Assembly (NCBI GenBank): GCA_040768745.1 | Contig: JAXGMI010000001.1 | Span: 320,001-384,000, forward strand | Direction of reading: 5' to 3' | Source: Desulfomicrobium sp. | GTDB lineage: Bacteria > Desulfobacterota > Desulfovibrionia > Desulfovibrionales > Desulfomicrobiaceae | Length of the DNA: 64,000 bases | Shown: positions 1 to 10,844 of the stretch, piece after piece | How the letters are laid out: every line of letters starts with the position of its first letter | How positions within the stretch are numbered: the first letter of the stretch is position 1 | Notes under the pieces: generated by a model | Seen by the model: only the letters and a program-made list of their open reading frames with translations | The model's database searches: none | What the model was told of the DNA's origin: nothing | Translations under genes and position numbers: made by a program

Positions 1-427
1 GCAGGTTGTCGCCGGCCACGCGGAACTTCAGGTTGGGATGGATGACGGACTGCTCCAGCCGACGGAATTCCACCAGTCCTTTCTTGGCGATGGGATACAG
101 GGCGGAATTCCCCTGCTCGCGCAGAATCTGCACCCCATCGGCCAGATTGGTCGCGTTCTGGAAAAGCGCCCGCTCATGGATGGCCTTGCGCCGCCCGAGA
201 TGGATTTGAATTATTTTGTAAAAGATGATCGACCAGCTGACGAGGGACATCAGGGCCAGCATTATCATGACCCCCTGCACGACTACCGTCGCATTGGCGA
301 TCATGTCCCAGAATCCCAGCTGTGGCATCCCACCCAGTTGTGTGGCGGCTCCCAGCTGCGGCATCGCATCGATCGGCTGTGTAACATTCATCTGTTGGAC
401 AACGCCCATCTGAGGCACTGCATCCAT
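1..427 (-). CDS. tolQ: TolQ/ExbB/MotA-family protein, 5' part only (runs off the window start)
   Basis: Not in the ORF track. Hand translation from ATG 427 (AGGTGG RBS upstream): MDAVPQMG...FWDMIANATVVVQGVMIMLALMSLVSWSIIFYK...EFRRLE..., matching the TolQ TM1 'L.LMS..SW.II..K' pattern. Confidence 0.8.
   Translation of the reverse strand, partial: MDAVPQMGVVQQMNVTQPIDAMPQLGAATQLGGMPQLGFWDMIANATVVVQGVMIMLALMSLVSWSIIFYKIIQIHLGRRKAIHERALFQNATNLADGVQILREQGNSALYPIAKKGLVEFRRLEQSVIHPNLKFRVAGDNL
315..422 (-). repeat. Six degenerate 18-bp tandem units encoding xxxQ(L/M)G-type hexapeptides at the TolQ N-terminus
   Basis: Plus-strand units: cccagctgtggcatccca / cccagttgtgtggcggct / cccagctgcggcatcgca / tcgatcggctgtgtaaca / ttcatctgttggacaacg / cccatctgaggcactgca. 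Confidence 0.7.
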
Positions 428-482
428 ATTTTCCACCTTTTTCACTACCAGATTAGACAACTACAATGAAATTTCGGCTTCC

Positions 483-1136
483 CTACTGCGAAAGACTCCG
501 GGACACAAGAGCCCAGGCATGCATATCAGCGAGCAGGTACTCGTCTTCCGTCATGCCTGCACCGAGGACGATCTTGCGGCGCAGTTCAGCTCCGACCAGA
601 TCTCGCGGCCCGTGCGCATCGTTATTGATGACCAGCCTTGCTCCATGCCGGCGGGCCATGGCCAGAACGTGGTTATTGGTGTAGCTGTGCCCTGCCCGGG
701 TCGTGATCTCGAGGGCGACGTTCTTCTCCGCGGCCAGCATGGCGTCCTGGTCCGTGATGAGGCCAGGGTGGGCCAGCACATCAACTCCGGCCTCCATGGC
801 CGCCAGGTTCGTACCCCGCTCCACCGGTTCAACAATGGTTTCGCCATGGACCAGCACAATGTCCGCCCCCAGGCTTCTGGCCCGTTCTGCCTCCCGGGCG
901 ATGAGCCCCGGCGGCACATGGGTCAGTTCCACCCCCGCCACGATGTGCATATCCATAAATATGGAATACTCCCTGGCCACGGCCAGCAGGTGGGGCACGA
1001 TCAGGTCCAGGTTGGAGGCATCCGCATGATCGGTGATGGCGATGGCCCTGTATCCAGCCACTTTGGCCCGTCTAGCCAGTTCTGCGGGAATGAGCTCCCC
1101 GTCACTGAAGACCGTATGGGTGTGCAGGTCAATCAC
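483..1136 (-). CDS. PHP-domain phosphoesterase (histidinol-phosphatase-like)
   Basis: DLHTHT..SDG, AITDH, GVELTH, LAHPG and NDAH metal-binding motifs. Confidence 0.9.
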   Translation of the reverse strand: MIDLHTHTVFSDGELIPAELARRAKVAGYRAIAITDHADASNLDLIVPHLLAVAREYSIFMDMHIVAGVELTHVPPGLIAREAERARSLGADIVLVHGETIVEPVERGTNLAAMEAGVDVLAHPGLITDQDAMLAAEKNVALEITTRAGHSYTNNHVLAMARRHGARLVINNDAHGPRDLVGAELRRKIVLGAGMTEDEYLLADMHAWALVSRSLSQ

Positions 1137-1139
1137 GGG

Positions 1140-1634
1140 TCACATCTTGTACTTGATTTCGTCAAGGCTGTACTTGGACAGGATTTCCGTCCATTTCTCG
1201 CTGTCCTCCCCTTTGACCACTTCCTGGAAATCCCCTTTCTGCAGGGTCTTGTTCAGGGCGATGACCTCTTCGGAGACACGGATGGGCACCTCAGCCCGCA
1301 AAGCCAGGGCGATGGAGTCCGATGGCCGGCAGTCGATCCTGCGCTCCCCACCCTCGGCCCGCAGCACAAGTTCGGCATAATAGGTGCCTTCGTGAATCGA
1401 GACGATCTCCACGGCCTCCAGCCTGGCGGACATTTTTTCCAGAATGAGCAGGATCAGGTCATGGGTCATGGGCCTGGGCACGGCCACCTTGTTCAAGGCC
1501 ATGGAAATGGCCATGGCTTCCATGGCGCCGATCCAGATGGGGAAAATGATATCCTCCGATTTATCCTTGAGGATGAGAATGGGCATCTGGGAGTCTTCAT
1601 CCAAGGCCAGCCCGAAAACAATCATGTCTACCAC
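1140..1634 (-). CDS. Bifunctional nuclease family protein (DUF151)
   Basis: PIWIG..EA.AI, RPMTHDL and D.RPSDSIALA motifs. Confidence 0.9.
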   Translation of the reverse strand: MVDMIVFGLALDEDSQMPILILKDKSEDIIFPIWIGAMEAMAISMALNKVAVPRPMTHDLILLILEKMSARLEAVEIVSIHEGTYYAELVLRAEGGERRIDCRPSDSIALALRAEVPIRVSEEVIALNKTLQKGDFQEVVKGEDSEKWTEILSKYSLDEIKYKM

Positions 1635-2974
1635 ACGTCACCTCGAATCTCGCCCAGGAGCGAGTGTTTCTTTGCCGCCAGGATACGCACCCGAGCCATC
1701 TTCCCGGTCAGATCGTCTCCCTGTGCAGGGAAGTTGACGATGCGGCCGGCCTCATCGCGCCCCTTCCAGCAGTGGACGTCGCTGTCCTGCATCTTGCTTC
1801 TCCCCTCCACCAGCACCTCGGCCTCCGTCCCGACGGTGCGGGCCAGTTCCTCCGCAGTGATGCAGTTCTGCAGATCCTGCAGGATCGCCAGACGTCGGGA
1901 TTTTTCCTCTTCCGGAACCTTCAATCCCATCTTCTCGGCCCGCACCCCCGGCCGGTCGGAATACTTGAACGAGAAGCTCGACAAGAAGCGCACCTGCTTC
2001 ACCAGCGAAAGTGTCTCCTCGAAATCCTGCGCCGTCTCCCCCGGAAATCCGACAATGATGTCCGTGGTCAGTGCGATATGCGGACAGGCCGCGCGCAAGC
2101 TGCGAACAATGTCCAGGTAATGCGCTCTGGTGTACTTGCGGCCCATGGCCTTGAGCACCGCATCGGACCCGGCCTGCACCGGCAGGTGCAGTTGTGGGCA
2201 CAGGTTCGGCACCTGTCCGAAGGCCTCAACCACCTCCGGAGCGATGTCCTTGGGATGGGAGGTGGTGAATTTGAGCCGCAGCAGCCCGGGGATGGATGCT
2301 ACTCTCTGCAGCAGGGCGGCAAAGGAAGTGCCATCCCCATGCCTGTCCTGGCCGTAGCTGTTCACATTCTGCCCCAGCAGGGTCAGCTCCCGTGTGCCGC
2401 GGCGGACCAGGGACCCGCACTCTGTCAGGACCGCGTCCGAAGCCCGGGACTTCTGCCGGCCCCGGGTGTACGGCACAATGCAATACGCGCAAAAATTATC
2501 ACAGCCCTGCATGATGTTCACAAACGCCTGGGCCCCGACCGCTCCATCCTGAGTCAGCTCGCGTTCCGGGTAATGGTCCAGGAAGTCCAGAAGACTGATC
2601 CGCTGGTCCGGATGGATGGCCAGCCGCTCCAGGGTCTGAGGCACCATGGCCATGCCGTCGGTGCCGAAAACCAGGCGCACAAAGGGGAACCGTTCCCAGA
2701 ATCCCTCGCCGACCTGCTGGGCAACGCAGCCCCCCACGGCCACGAAAACATCGGGATTGCGGTCCACATGGGACTTCAGCCGCCCCAGCAGGGAATAGAC
2801 CTTCTGCTCCGGCTTTTCCCGCACGCTGCAGGTCGTGACCACAAAAACCTGGGCCTCCCCTTCGGACACCGCGGCCCATCCCCGGGAAACCAGGGCCTGC
2901 GTCAGCCAGTCCGCGTCGGCCACGTTCATCTGGCACCCGAAGGTCAAGATATGGAACCTCACGAAAACGTCCAC
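1628..2974 (-). CDS. miaB: tRNA (i6A37) methylthiotransferase, radical SAM
   Basis: TFGCQMN, TCSVRE, GGCVAQ, CDNFCAYC radical SAM motif and a C-terminal TRAM domain. Confidence 0.95.
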   Translation of the reverse strand: MDVFVRFHILTFGCQMNVADADWLTQALVSRGWAAVSEGEAQVFVVTTCSVREKPEQKVYSLLGRLKSHVDRNPDVFVAVGGCVAQQVGEGFWERFPFVRLVFGTDGMAMVPQTLERLAIHPDQRISLLDFLDHYPERELTQDGAVGAQAFVNIMQGCDNFCAYCIVPYTRGRQKSRASDAVLTECGSLVRRGTRELTLLGQNVNSYGQDRHGDGTSFAALLQRVASIPGLLRLKFTTSHPKDIAPEVVEAFGQVPNLCPQLHLPVQAGSDAVLKAMGRKYTRAHYLDIVRSLRAACPHIALTTDIIVGFPGETAQDFEETLSLVKQVRFLSSFSFKYSDRPGVRAEKMGLKVPEEEKSRRLAILQDLQNCITAEELARTVGTEAEVLVEGRSKMQDSDVHCWKGRDEAGRIVNFPAQGDDLTGKMARVRILAAKKHSLLGEIRGDVW

Positions 2975-3023
2975 CCTCCACGATCACGCGTTGCGCATTG
3001 CTTTGACTGAATTCCCTGCGCCG

Positions 3024-3359
3024 TCAACACTTTTCCGACCCTGGGCCCAGGGTCTGGGCCGTGATCCAGTGCAGAAACGGACCATGCCCGGCACACATGT
3101 CCACAGCCACTATGCAGGGCACTTCGTAGGGGTGCAGCCCGACCACCCGGGACCGCAGCTCCTCGAAGAGCCGGGCCCTGGTCTTGGCCACAAGAACCAC
3201 CTCCAGATCGTTGTGCACTGTCCCCTCCCACCAGTAGAGCGATTCCATGGCGCCAAGGATGTTCACACAGGCGGCCAGCCGCTCTTCCACCACGGCGCGG
3301 CCGATTCTCCGGGCCGTCTCGAGGTCCGGGACAGTCATGTAGACCAGGACATGTTCCAT
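3024..3359 (-). CDS. cutA: Divalent-cation tolerance protein CutA
   Basis: ERLAACVNI, SLYWWEG and HPYEVPCI motifs; GGAGG RBS before ATG 3359. Confidence 0.93.
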   Translation of the reverse strand: MEHVLVYMTVPDLETARRIGRAVVEERLAACVNILGAMESLYWWEGTVHNDLEVVLVAKTRARLFEELRSRVVGLHPYEVPCIVAVDMCAGHGPFLHWITAQTLGPGSEKC

Positions 3360-3451
3360 GCCTCCTCCCGCCAAAAAACTTGAGGTTGCAAAAAAAACCT
3401 GTCAGGCAGGGCACTGCCGCGTCCGCCACAATGACCGTTTCGGAGACAGCC

Positions 3452-4114
3452 ATGAAGATGCCCGCTGCCAGGCGCGCAGTACTCATCAGGGAACGCCTGG
3501 CTCGGCGCTACCCTGCCCCCAGAACCGAGCTTTCCTGGACAACGCCGTGGGAGCTTCTGGCCTCCACCATTTTGTCGGCACAGTGCACGGATGCCCGCGT
3601 CAACCAGGTCACGCCCCATCTTTTCCACAAGTGGAAAAATGTGCAGCAAATGTCAAACGCCGACGTCTCGGAAATCGAAAACGTCATCCGCTCCACGGGC
3701 TTTTTCCGCAACAAGGCCAAGAGCCTGCAGGCGTCCGCCCGCAAAATCGTGGCTGATTTCAACGGCCAGGTGCCCAGAACCATGGCTGAAATGCTGACCC
3801 TGCCGGGCGTGGCCCGCAAGACGGCCAACGTGGTGCTGTCCAACGCCTACGGGGTGCAGGCGGGCATTGCGGTGGACACCCATGTGAAGCGGATCAGTTT
3901 CCGCCTGGGACTGACGGCGCAGACAAACCCGGACAAGATCGAGCAGGATCTCCTGCCTTTCTTTCCGCAACAGCACTGGGGAGAGATCAATCACTTCCTG
4001 GTCCTTTTCGGCCGCCAGGTCTGCACGGCCCGCAAACCGGCCTGCGGATCCTGCGAGCTGAACGACCTGTGTCCCCGGAACGGAGTCACCCCATCCACGT
4101 CAACGACAATCTGA
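3452..4114 (+). CDS. nth: Endonuclease III
   Basis: LSAQCTD, HhH LPGVARKTANVV, AVDTHV and the C-x6-C-x2-C-x5-C 4Fe-4S motif; start uncertain (3431 or 3452). Confidence 0.95.
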   Translation: MKMPAARRAVLIRERLARRYPAPRTELSWTTPWELLASTILSAQCTDARVNQVTPHLFHKWKNVQQMSNADVSEIENVIRSTGFFRNKAKSLQASARKIVADFNGQVPRTMAEMLTLPGVARKTANVVLSNAYGVQAGIAVDTHVKRISFRLGLTAQTNPDKIEQDLLPFFPQQHWGEINHFLVLFGRQVCTARKPACGSCELNDLCPRNGVTPSTSTTI

Positions 4115-5239
<1,125 letters not shown>

Positions 5240-5411
5240 AGACATTTCAAATTCCGCGTTGTCCGGACACCCGGGTCGGACAGCATCCGGTGGCCGGCCT
5301 GTCAGGATGCGAAAACCATGGGTTCCGGACTGCGCGGAAACGGGTTACGACCGATCCTAAATCCGGCCCCGCCCAAATGTACGTGTGAAACAATCTGCCA
5401 CGGAGGTCTCC

Positions 5412-5993
5412 ATGCTCAGCAATCTTGTCCATGCCAGCCGCAGCTACCGGCGCTTTGACCAAAAAACACCCATTTCCATGACCGACCTCCTGGACCTCGT
5501 CGGCCTGGCCCGGCTGTGTCCCTCGGCAGGCAACAAACAGCCCCTGCGCTTTGTCCTGTGCAACGACCCGGCAGACAATGCGCGGATCTTCGCCTGCCTG
5601 AAATGGGCCGCGTACCTGAGCGATTGGGGCGGCCCCAAAGAAGGGGAGCAGCCCGGCGCCTATATTGTCCTGCTCAACACCGACAAATCCTGGGAACTGG
5701 CCAAAATCGACCAGGGCATCGTGGCCCAGACCATGATGCTGGGGGCCGTGGAAAAAGGGTACGGCGGGTGCATACTTGGCGCCATCGACCGGGAAAAACT
5801 GAGGTCAGTCCTGGGACTTGAAAACGACGGGCTGGAAATCTGCCTTGTTTTGGCCCTGGGCAAACCCGTGGAAGATGTCCGCGTCGTGGATCTTCCGGCC
5901 GAAGGATCCATCAGATATTTCCGGGACGAGAGTGGCGTGCATTACGTGCCCAAGCGCAGCCTGGATGAACTGATCCTGCAGCAACGGGGCTGA
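5412..5993 (+). CDS. Nitroreductase family protein
   Basis: RSYRRF, PSAGNKQP and G.GGC motifs; GGAGG RBS. Confidence 0.9.
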   Translation: MLSNLVHASRSYRRFDQKTPISMTDLLDLVGLARLCPSAGNKQPLRFVLCNDPADNARIFACLKWAAYLSDWGGPKEGEQPGAYIVLLNTDKSWELAKIDQGIVAQTMMLGAVEKGYGGCILGAIDREKLRSVLGLENDGLEICLVLALGKPVEDVRVVDLPAEGSIRYFRDESGVHYVPKRSLDELILQQRG

Positions 5994-5997
5994 AAAC

Positions 5998-6022
5998 AAA
6001 GGGGCACCCAGAGTGCCCCTTT
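5998..6022. terminator. Probable bidirectional intrinsic terminator
   Basis: AAAGGGGCAC-ccaga-GTGCCCCTTT hairpin between the convergent nitroreductase and rrf2 genes. Confidence 0.7.
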
Positions 6023-6052
6023 CCGCCGTCTTCCGATCCGTGTGCAGGCCAG

Positions 6053-6469
6053 CTACCCCGTACGGGTGATCAGGTCCGTCAGGCGGTAGGAATCCAGGGT
6101 CTGCATCAGGACGTTCCCAGCCTCGATCCACACGTACTGGGTCACGCACTCGCCGGCCAGGGAACATTCGCCGCAGATGGGCGCGCCTTCAGAGCATTGG
6201 GTCAGGAGCACTTTTTCTTCGAGGCCCCGCACCACGTCCCCCACCGTGATGTCCGCGGCTGGCTTGGCCAGCTTGTGCCCCCCGAATGGGCCGCGCTTGC
6301 TTTCGATCAGTCCGCTGCGACGCAGTCCGGTGATCAGCTTCTCGATATATTTCTGGGAAATGTTCTGACGCCGGGCGATGTCCGTGGTATTCACCCAGCC
6401 CTTGTCCTGATTGAGGGCGATATCCAGAAGCAGGCGCGTTCCGTACCGGCTCCTCGTTGTCAAACGCAT
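6053..6469 (-). CDS. rrf2: Rrf2-family transcriptional regulator
   Basis: MRLTTRSRYGTR, SKRGPFGG and a C-terminal Cys cluster (C-x6-C-x2-C-x5-C). Confidence 0.88.
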   Translation of the reverse strand: MRLTTRSRYGTRLLLDIALNQDKGWVNTTDIARRQNISQKYIEKLITGLRRSGLIESKRGPFGGHKLAKPAADITVGDVVRGLEEKVLLTQCSEGAPICGECSLAGECVTQYVWIEAGNVLMQTLDSYRLTDLITRTG

Positions 6470-6485
6470 GCGGTCCTCCACGTTG

Positions 6486-8060
6486 TCAGACCTGACTGGT
6501 GTGGGCAGAATGCAGGGAATCCTCTTGCATCCCGTCGGCCTGCTGTAGGCTTCTCACCCGCTTCCGGGGCAATTCCACCCGGAACTCGGTACCCTGGCCT
6601 ACCTTGGAATCGACACTGATCGTTCCCCCATGTTGATGCACGACATCGTTGGCAATGTACAGCCCAAGCCCCGTGCCTTTGCTGCCCTTGGAAGAAAAAA
6701 ACAGGGAGAACATCTTTTCCTGGGTGGCGCGATCGATGCCCATGCCGTTGTCGCGAATGATGAACGACACCCGCTCATGAGTCCCTTCGACGATAAATGC
6801 AACAAAATGCCGTTCCTTGGACTCGTCCTCGATGCATGCATCCACGGCGTTCTCAAGAATGTTGACCAGACCTGCGGAGATGGTTTCAGGGTCGAGGTCC
6901 ATCTGACCCAAAACCCCGTGAAATTCCTTCTGAAACCGGATATCGTGTTTGGTGGCCTTGGGCTCCACAAAATTGGCCACCCCATCCCCGAAGCTCTGCA
7001 CATCGACCGTCTGGATGTTGGGATCCCGATCCTTGGAGTAATACAGCATCTCCAGCACGGAATTGCGGATGCGGGAGATCATGACCTTGACCCGCTCCAT
7101 TCCGTCGGCGGCCATGGACAGGTCCTGATTGGCAATGCCCTTTTCCAGGCGGTACAGCCCGCCGTCCAGGGCGGTCAGCATGCCGCGCACACCGTGGGAG
7201 ATGGACCCGATGAACAGCCCCAGCGAGGTCAGGCGGTCCTGGAGCTCCCTGATCTGGGAAATATCCGTGGCCAGTTCCATGACCTCGGTGATCTCTCCAT
7301 TCTCGTCCCGCAGCGGGGCCGACAATGTCAGGACGACTTTTTGCTGCCCGGTGCGCGTGGTGACCACTTCCTCGGTCTGGTGCATCAGTCCGTCGTTGAA
7401 GGTCTGCTCCACAGGACAGTTGGGGCAGGGGTGGGTGCGGTGTTTGTAGACCTCGTAGCACCGTTCACCAAGGCAGGCTCCGAAATCCAGCTTGAACTGC
7501 CTGTTGGAGCGGACTATGCGGCGGTCCTTGTTCTGCACCGAAATATAGCACGGCACCTCATCGAAGAGCTGACGGCACAGCTGCTGGCTGCTTTCGAGAA
7601 TCTTGTTCTTGGCCTTGAGCACCTCGTTCTCTTCCTTCACTTCCAGCGCATTGAGGGCCCTGTCCAGGGCGACGCGCAGCGCCCGCTCCGAAACGGGCTT
7701 GAAAAGGAAATCCGAAGCCCCTTCCTCCAGGAAATCGAGGCCCATCCGGTACTCCCCTTCAGGGACAAGCACGATGAGGCGCACTTCGGGAAATGCGCTG
7801 TGGATCTTCTGCGCCACCTCATGGCCCTGCATGCAGTCGCAAATCCCGAGGACAACCAGTCGCGGGCGCACGACGCCCACTGTCGCGAGCGCATCGCCGT
7901 AGTCGGCGTTGGCGGGTTGGTATCCATGTTCGGTCAAAATACGGGCCAGGACTTTTCCATGGCCGGCATCCTGGGCGATGATCACTAACGGTTCGGAGAC
8001 AACAAAGTCGTGCATGGTTTTGTGAAACACCCTTGCCCGGATTGTGCGTGCACCGGACAA
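6486..8060 (-). CDS. Hybrid sensor histidine kinase (degenerate REC - PAS - HisKA - HATPase)
   Basis: H-box GSISHGVRG, N-box NILENAVDA, DNGMG, FFSSKG and GTGLGL; PAS with CY..Y....PCxxCP; start uncertain (8015-8060). Confidence 0.88.
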   Translation of the reverse strand: MSGARTIRARVFHKTMHDFVVSEPLVIIAQDAGHGKVLARILTEHGYQPANADYGDALATVGVVRPRLVVLGICDCMQGHEVAQKIHSAFPEVRLIVLVPEGEYRMGLDFLEEGASDFLFKPVSERALRVALDRALNALEVKEENEVLKAKNKILESSQQLCRQLFDEVPCYISVQNKDRRIVRSNRQFKLDFGACLGERCYEVYKHRTHPCPNCPVEQTFNDGLMHQTEEVVTTRTGQQKVVLTLSAPLRDENGEITEVMELATDISQIRELQDRLTSLGLFIGSISHGVRGMLTALDGGLYRLEKGIANQDLSMAADGMERVKVMISRIRNSVLEMLYYSKDRDPNIQTVDVQSFGDGVANFVEPKATKHDIRFQKEFHGVLGQMDLDPETISAGLVNILENAVDACIEDESKERHFVAFIVEGTHERVSFIIRDNGMGIDRATQEKMFSLFFSSKGSKGTGLGLYIANDVVHQHGGTISVDSKVGQGTEFRVELPRKRVRSLQQADGMQEDSLHSAHTSQV

Positions 8061-8085
8061 GGGTGTCGGAGGATAGAGGTTGCGC

Positions 8086-8442
8086 TTACCCGATGGTTTC
8101 CTTGATCACTTTCAGCAGCTCTGCACGATCAAACGGCTTGGTAAAGGAGGCGACCGCCTTCTGAATGGCGTATTTGTTCCCGGCCAGCCCGCTGATAACG
8201 ATGACGGGAATCGAGCCATGCACCTTGTCCTGGCTCAGTTCGCGGTAAAAGCGGGGCCCCCATTCCTTGGGCATCTCCAGGTCCAAGGTGATGAGATCCG
8301 GTTTCTCCTGATTGACCACAGCCAGGGCATCGGCCCCGTCCATGGCCTTGCATGTCGCATAGCCGGCATCGTGGAAAATGTCCTCGAGATACGTGACGAT
8401 GTTGGGATCGTCATCGATAATCATGATCTTTTTGGCCATCAT
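8086..8442 (-). CDS. Stand-alone response regulator (DivK-like, DVU0259-type)
   Basis: IIDDD, LITLDLEMP and FTKP receiver motifs; no output domain. Confidence 0.88.
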   Translation of the reverse strand: MMAKKIMIIDDDPNIVTYLEDIFHDAGYATCKAMDGADALAVVNQEKPDLITLDLEMPKEWGPRFYRELSQDKVHGSIPVIVISGLAGNKYAIQKAVASFTKPFDRAELLKVIKETIG

Positions 8443-8465
8443 ACACCCCCTGTGATGGTACTGCT

Positions 8466-9386
8466 TTATGCAAGTTGAATTTTATCCGGCCGATTGACCG
8501 AGGCAACCGGACACGTGGCCCTGAGCAACACCTGTTCCAACGTATGCCCGAAAACGGCGGACTCATCGCTCACGTCCTTGGAATGGTGGGCCATGATGAT
8601 GAGGTCGGCCTGCTTTTCGCGTGCGTACTTCACTATTTCTATGTACGGAATCCCTTCCCAGATATCGGCCGTCACCTTTTTGAAATCGCCCGTCTGGATC
8701 AGATACTTGCGGCGCATCCGGTCCCGGGCCTCGATCATGCGGTCATCAAGCTCTTTCTGAGAAATGAACCCATGACTGGACCCGATGTCGATGGCATGGA
8801 AGAGATGCAGATTGGCGTCCAGCTCCTTGGCGGTCCTGAGGGCGAATTTGAAGGCATGCTCCGAGCCCTTGGAAAAATCGGCCCCGAACACGATGTTGGT
8901 GAACCCGCCCCAGAAGGACGCCACGGGCCGGTTCACGACCAGGACCGGGGCCTTGGACGCCTTGGCCACCCGCTGCAGGGTGGAGCCGGCGAAATGGCGC
9001 TCGTATTCTTGGGCATCGGATTCGCATCCCGTGGTGCTGGCCCCCATGACAATGAGATCCACGTCCTCCTGGCGGGCCTTGCGCAACACCTCCCGGTGTG
9101 GGACGCCCACGGCGGCGTCGATCTCGCAGTCCACACCGCTCTTGAGCTGGCGGTCATAGGTCCCCTTCAATTCGTCCTTGACCCACAGGATGTAGTCTCC
9201 GTCCAGCTCCACTTTTTCCCCGGTGCGCAGATCGACCACGACTTGGCTGAAGCCCCGGCTCGGCGTGCCCAGGACATGGAAGACAAAGAGCTTGGCATTG
9301 TATCGGGCGGCCAGGTCAAAGGCCACGCGCGCGGCGGCATCGCAGCAGGGAGAGCCTGAGGTGGCGAACAGAATTTTCGTAAACAT
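8466..9386 (-). CDS. Universal stress protein (two USP domains)
   Basis: KILFAT, DLIVMG, NIVFGADFS and DLIIMA...VLLRATCPV. Confidence 0.92.
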   Translation of the reverse strand: MFTKILFATSGSPCCDAAARVAFDLAARYNAKLFVFHVLGTPSRGFSQVVVDLRTGEKVELDGDYILWVKDELKGTYDRQLKSGVDCEIDAAVGVPHREVLRKARQEDVDLIVMGASTTGCESDAQEYERHFAGSTLQRVAKASKAPVLVVNRPVASFWGGFTNIVFGADFSKGSEHAFKFALRTAKELDANLHLFHAIDIGSSHGFISQKELDDRMIEARDRMRRKYLIQTGDFKKVTADIWEGIPYIEIVKYAREKQADLIIMAHHSKDVSDESAVFGHTLEQVLLRATCPVASVNRPDKIQLA

Positions 9387-9444
9387 GTTTCAACTCCCGT
9401 TCTGGTTGCGGTGCGCCGCGGATCCTGCGGCGCACCCTTGGCCT

Positions 9445-10827
9445 TTATTCCTTGGGCAAGAGATGTTCCGGAACCTCGACCATCTTGACCAGCAGAGGCT
9501 TGAGGAAACTCCAGCGGATGCCTATTTCGTATTCCTCTTCCAGGTCGCGGATGGCGTCCCAGCAGTTGTGGCAGGGCGCGATGACGAACTTGGCGCCCGT
9601 GGCCAGGATCTGCTCCCGCTTCATCTTCAGGGCGTCGTTGCGCTGCTTGCGGTACCGTCCGATGCCGTTGAACCCGCCACCGCCGCCACAACAATAGTTG
9701 TGCTCCTTGTTGGGCGCCATTTCCCGGAAGTCCTCGGCCATGTGCTTCATGATGATGCGCGTGCACTCCCGCAAACCCGCGTTGCGCACATAGTTACAGG
9801 AGTCCTGCACCGTGACGGGTTCCTTGATTCTCTTGGCCGGGTCGATCTTCAGTTTGCCGGTCTCCAGGGCCTCGGCCACCCACTCCACGTAGTGGATGCA
9901 CTCCACCGGCGGCTTGCCATCGGGACGTCCGGCCCAGTAGGGGCCTTCGATGACCGTGGCCCGGTAGGCATGCCCGCACTCGGTGGCCACCATGCGCTTG
10001 GGCCGCAGCCGCTCCATGGCCTCGTACACGGTTTCGACCTGCATCTTGCAGGCCTCCCAGTCTCCGGCGAACATGGACAGGCTGGTCATTTCCCAGCCCG
10101 AAGAGGGCATGGTCCAATTCTCGCCCGCGATGTGGAAAAGAATCGCCGCCTCGACGATGTCCTCCGGGTAGTGCTTGGCCTCGCGGGCGTTGATCATGTA
10201 TACGATGTCCGCATCTTCCTTGTCGATGGGGATCTCCAGGCACGGCCACTCCTCCAGGGCTTCGTCCACCATCCATTCGCAGGTATCCACGAATTCCTCG
10301 ACGGTGACGTCCATCTGGGCGCGGAAAAGGCGGTGCATGCCGGAGCCGATCTTGAGTTCCCACGGCACAAAGCCCTGGGAATGCAGCAGGCCGCGCAGAT
10401 AGCTGAACATGACGCCCATATCGATGCCGTAGGGGCAGAAGGATCCACAGCGGTTGCAGCAGGTGCACTTGGACCAGGCGGTATCCATGCACATGCGCAT
10501 GAACTCGTTGGACACCTTGCCCTTCTGCTTGACGATCTCGCCCAGGGTGGACTGGATCTTGTAGGACGGGACCTGCTTGGGGTCGCGGCCGTTGACGCTG
10601 TACAGAAAGCAGCTGTCTGCGCAGAGCCCGCAGTGGGCGCAGATCTCCAGCCAGGTTTTGGTTCTGGACTTCATGGTCTTCTGGATCGTCGCCCAGAGCT
10701 TCTCGGCGTCCACGTCCAGGTTTTCCATTTCCGCGTAGTATTGGCGGCCGTTGCTGTCACCCAGCAGAGCGTCGAGCTCCTCCCGGGTCGAAACGGGCTT
10801 CTTATTGCAAAGTTTTCCTTCGGGCAT
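9445..10827 (-). CDS. hmcF: Hmc complex Fe-S (HdrD/DsrK-like, CCG) subunit
   Basis: MPEGKLCN start, [18 protein letters not shown]...CP, ECGH, CCGGGGG and CHNC; last gene of the hmc order. Confidence 0.9.
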   Translation of the reverse strand: MPEGKLCNKKPVSTREELDALLGDSNGRQYYAEMENLDVDAEKLWATIQKTMKSRTKTWLEICAHCGLCADSCFLYSVNGRDPKQVPSYKIQSTLGEIVKQKGKVSNEFMRMCMDTAWSKCTCCNRCGSFCPYGIDMGVMFSYLRGLLHSQGFVPWELKIGSGMHRLFRAQMDVTVEEFVDTCEWMVDEALEEWPCLEIPIDKEDADIVYMINAREAKHYPEDIVEAAILFHIAGENWTMPSSGWEMTSLSMFAGDWEACKMQVETVYEAMERLRPKRMVATECGHAYRATVIEGPYWAGRPDGKPPVECIHYVEWVAEALETGKLKIDPAKRIKEPVTVQDSCNYVRNAGLRECTRIIMKHMAEDFREMAPNKEHNYCCGGGGGFNGIGRYRKQRNDALKMKREQILATGAKFVIAPCHNCWDAIRDLEEEYEIGIRWSFLKPLLVKMVEVPEHLLPKE

Positions 10828-10844
10828 GTCGTATTCCTCTTGGC

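Noticed and set aside
9411..9435. GTGCGCCGC/GCGGCGCAC hairpin between hmcF and usp as a terminator
   Set aside because: No U-tract on the coding strand; at most a stability element.
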